DNA of 64,000 nt from a bacterium (GTDB taxonomy: Bacteria; UBA8248; JACPRG01; G963555815): the NCBI GenBank assembly GCA_965218795.1, contig OZ244653.1, positions 3,360,001-3,424,000 of the forward strand, written 5' to 3'. This document shows positions 62,258 through 64,000 of this stretch, piece by piece (position 1 is the stretch's first letter; each line of letters opens with the position of its first letter). Under the pieces are notes generated by a model. The model was not told the DNA's origin. It did not search any database and saw only the letters and a program-made list of their open reading frames with translations. A program made the translations under genes and the position numbers.

Positions 62258-63301
62258 ATGAAAGCAATGGTGCTGCACGAGCTCGGCGGGCCGGTCGTTC
62301 TGGAGGAACGGGAGCCGCGAAAGCCCGGAATCGGCGAGGCGCTGGTTGAGATGAAGGCGACGGGCATCGGCCTCACGGTGGCGATCATGAAGGCGACGGC
62401 GGCGCTCGTCACGGCGCTTCCCCGCATCCCCGGCCACGAGATCGGCGGCGACGTCGTGGAGGTCGGCGAGGGCGTGGCGAACGTCAAGCACGGAGACCGC
62501 GTGACGTGCCACTTCTACCTGACGTGCGGGAACTGCAAGTTCTGCCGCAGGGGCAAAGAGACCCTCTGCGAGAACTGGGGGGGGTACGTCGGGATGGCCT
62601 GCGACGGGGGCTACGCCGAGTACGCCACGCTGCCCGCCCGCAACCTCGTCAGGATCCCTGACGGCGTATCCTATGCCGAGGCCTCCATCGCCGCCGATGC
62701 CATCTGCACCCCCTATCACAATTGCACCGAAGAGGCGCGGGTTCAGCCGGGCGACAACGTTCTGGTCATCGGGGCGGCCGGGGGCGTCGGCATCCACGGC
62801 GTCCAGATGGCCAAGCTCTGCGGCGCGCGCGTCATCGCCGCCGACATCAGCGAAGAGAAGCTCGAGCTCGCCAAGCAGCACGGGGCTGACGAAGTCATCC
62901 TCTCCGAGAAACAATCCATCCCGGATGAGGTGCGGAGGCTCACGGACGGAAAAGGCGCCGAAGCGGCCCTCGACTACGTGGGCGGCAAGGAGACCTTGGA
63001 GGCCTCCATGTCGAGCCTCGCCAAGATGGGCCGTCTGGTGATCATCGGGTTCCGGCCGCCGTCGGTCTTCGGCGCGAGCAACGATTTCCAGGTGGACCCG
63101 GGGGCGGTGCTCGCCAACATGCTCGAGATTCACGGCTCGCGCTACGCCAACATGTCGGAGATCGAGGCCACGCTGGAAACGATTCGACAAGGCCGGATTC
63201 AGCCCGTGATCACCGACCGTGTCCGCCTGGAGGACATCGAGGGCATCCACAAAAAACTGCTCAACCGAGAGATTGCCGGAAGGGTCGTGGCGGAGTTTTG
63301 A
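62258..63301 (+). CDS. Zinc-binding MDR alcohol dehydrogenase family protein
   Basis: PGHE, CGNCKFC..C structural Zn, GAAGGVG; GIGLTV in place of the usual GxCxTD. Confidence 0.88.
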   Translation: MKAMVLHELGGPVVLEEREPRKPGIGEALVEMKATGIGLTVAIMKATAALVTALPRIPGHEIGGDVVEVGEGVANVKHGDRVTCHFYLTCGNCKFCRRGKETLCENWGGYVGMACDGGYAEYATLPARNLVRIPDGVSYAEASIAADAICTPYHNCTEEARVQPGDNVLVIGAAGGVGIHGVQMAKLCGARVIAADISEEKLELAKQHGADEVILSEKQSIPDEVRRLTDGKGAEAALDYVGGKETLEASMSSLAKMGRLVIIGFRPPSVFGASNDFQVDPGAVLANMLEIHGSRYANMSEIEATLETIRQGRIQPVITDRVRLEDIEGIHKKLLNREIAGRVVAEF

Positions 63302-63371
63302 TACGTCAGCGTCCCGGAGAAACGCATTCCAGCGCGGAACAGAAACCCGCCGCCAATACAAGGGAATGAAG

Positions 63372-64000
63372 ATGGCCGTAGCGTATCGAATTCAACGTAG
63401 CGCCTATCAGGACTCCGTCAAGCTGATGCGGATATCCGCCTCGGGCGGTGAGCGGCCGGGCGTGGAGATTGCCGTCGCAGTGATGGCGACGGAAAACAAT
63501 CTGGAAAATCTCGTGAACGCCGGCTTTGACGCGGCCATCGCGGACGGCGCCTCGCCCAACGACCTGATCCTGGCGACGCGGGCCGACACCGACGAGAACG
63601 CCGGCGGCGCCCTGGATGCCATGGAGGAGATGCTCTCCTCCGCCCTCACCGGTGAGGCCGAAGAGGGCGTCCGCCCCCGCACCCTTCGATCAGCGCTCGG
63701 ACAAAAGCCGGGGGCCAACTTCGTCCTGATCTCCGTTCCGGGCCCGTTCGTCCGGAGAGAGGCCGAAGCCGCGCTGAACGCGGGGCTTCACAGTATGGTC
63801 TTCAGTGACAACGTTTCGGTGGAAGACGAGGTCCATCTGAAAACCATGGCGGGCGACAAAGGGCTTCTGTTCATGGGGCCGGACTGCGGCACGGCAATCA
63901 TCGGGGGCCGGGCGCTGGCCTTTGCCAACGTCGTCTCGGGGGGCAGCGTGGGGATCGTCGGCGCCTCGGGCACGGGGATCCAGGCCGTTTCGGTGCTCGT
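63372..64000 (+). CDS. fdrA: FdrA-family acyl-CoA synthetase, N-terminal part; runs off the window edge
   Basis: Not in the ORF track. AYQDSVKLM, LISVPG, FSDNVS, MGPDCGTA, VGASGTGIQ. Confidence 0.88.
   Translation, partial: MAVAYRIQRSAYQDSVKLMRISASGGERPGVEIAVAVMATENNLENLVNAGFDAAIADGASPNDLILATRADTDENAGGALDAMEEMLSSALTGEAEEGVRPRTLRSALGQKPGANFVLISVPGPFVRREAEAALNAGLHSMVFSDNVSVEDEVHLKTMAGDKGLLFMGPDCGTAIIGGRALAFANVVSGGSVGIVGASGTGIQAVSVL

Overview
GC-rich bacterial chromosome segment. The gene content (tandem DUF507, short hisG, mutS2-dnaG-rpoD) suggests a Nitrospinota/Tectomicrobia-like or deltaproteobacterial lineage; this is a low-confidence inference. A long minus-strand core block runs from 7.2 to 32.7 kb: rnpB, rnhA-like, zinc-ribbon protein, tRNA-Ile2, rpoD, dnaG, mutS2, the his operon (split by a decayed RAYT and REP hairpins), murA, prmC, prfA, rpmE, rho, coaE, a WYL regulator, a PHP protein, tRNA-Gly and moaE/moaD. 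A glycine-cleavage/lipoate cluster lies at 43.9-48.5 kb. Three accessory regions stand out. (1) 1.1-7 kb: a Co-type nitrile hydratase/thiocyanate hydrolase-like pair without a separate beta-N subunit, an apparently metal-less M28 homologue and amtB. (2) 32.7-43.5 kb: a mosaic island with a phage CI-type repressor switch fused directly to a tail-fibre gene, surrounded by glycosyl- and methyltransferases that carry short duplicated ends of one another, plus an IS5. (3) 52.6-58.6 kb: a transposable (Mu-like) prophage remnant with a recognisable TG terminus, a candidate two-gene anti-phage module (DUF6731-like plus membrane protein), a MuF-PBECR-type nuclease followed by a structured hairpin, and a 5'-truncated portal. 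Tiny gene scars recur across the window (folB, amt, thermonuclease, GT25, acyl-CoA dehydrogenase). No CRISPR array or rRNA was seen. All family assignments come from motif recognition by eye, not from database searches.
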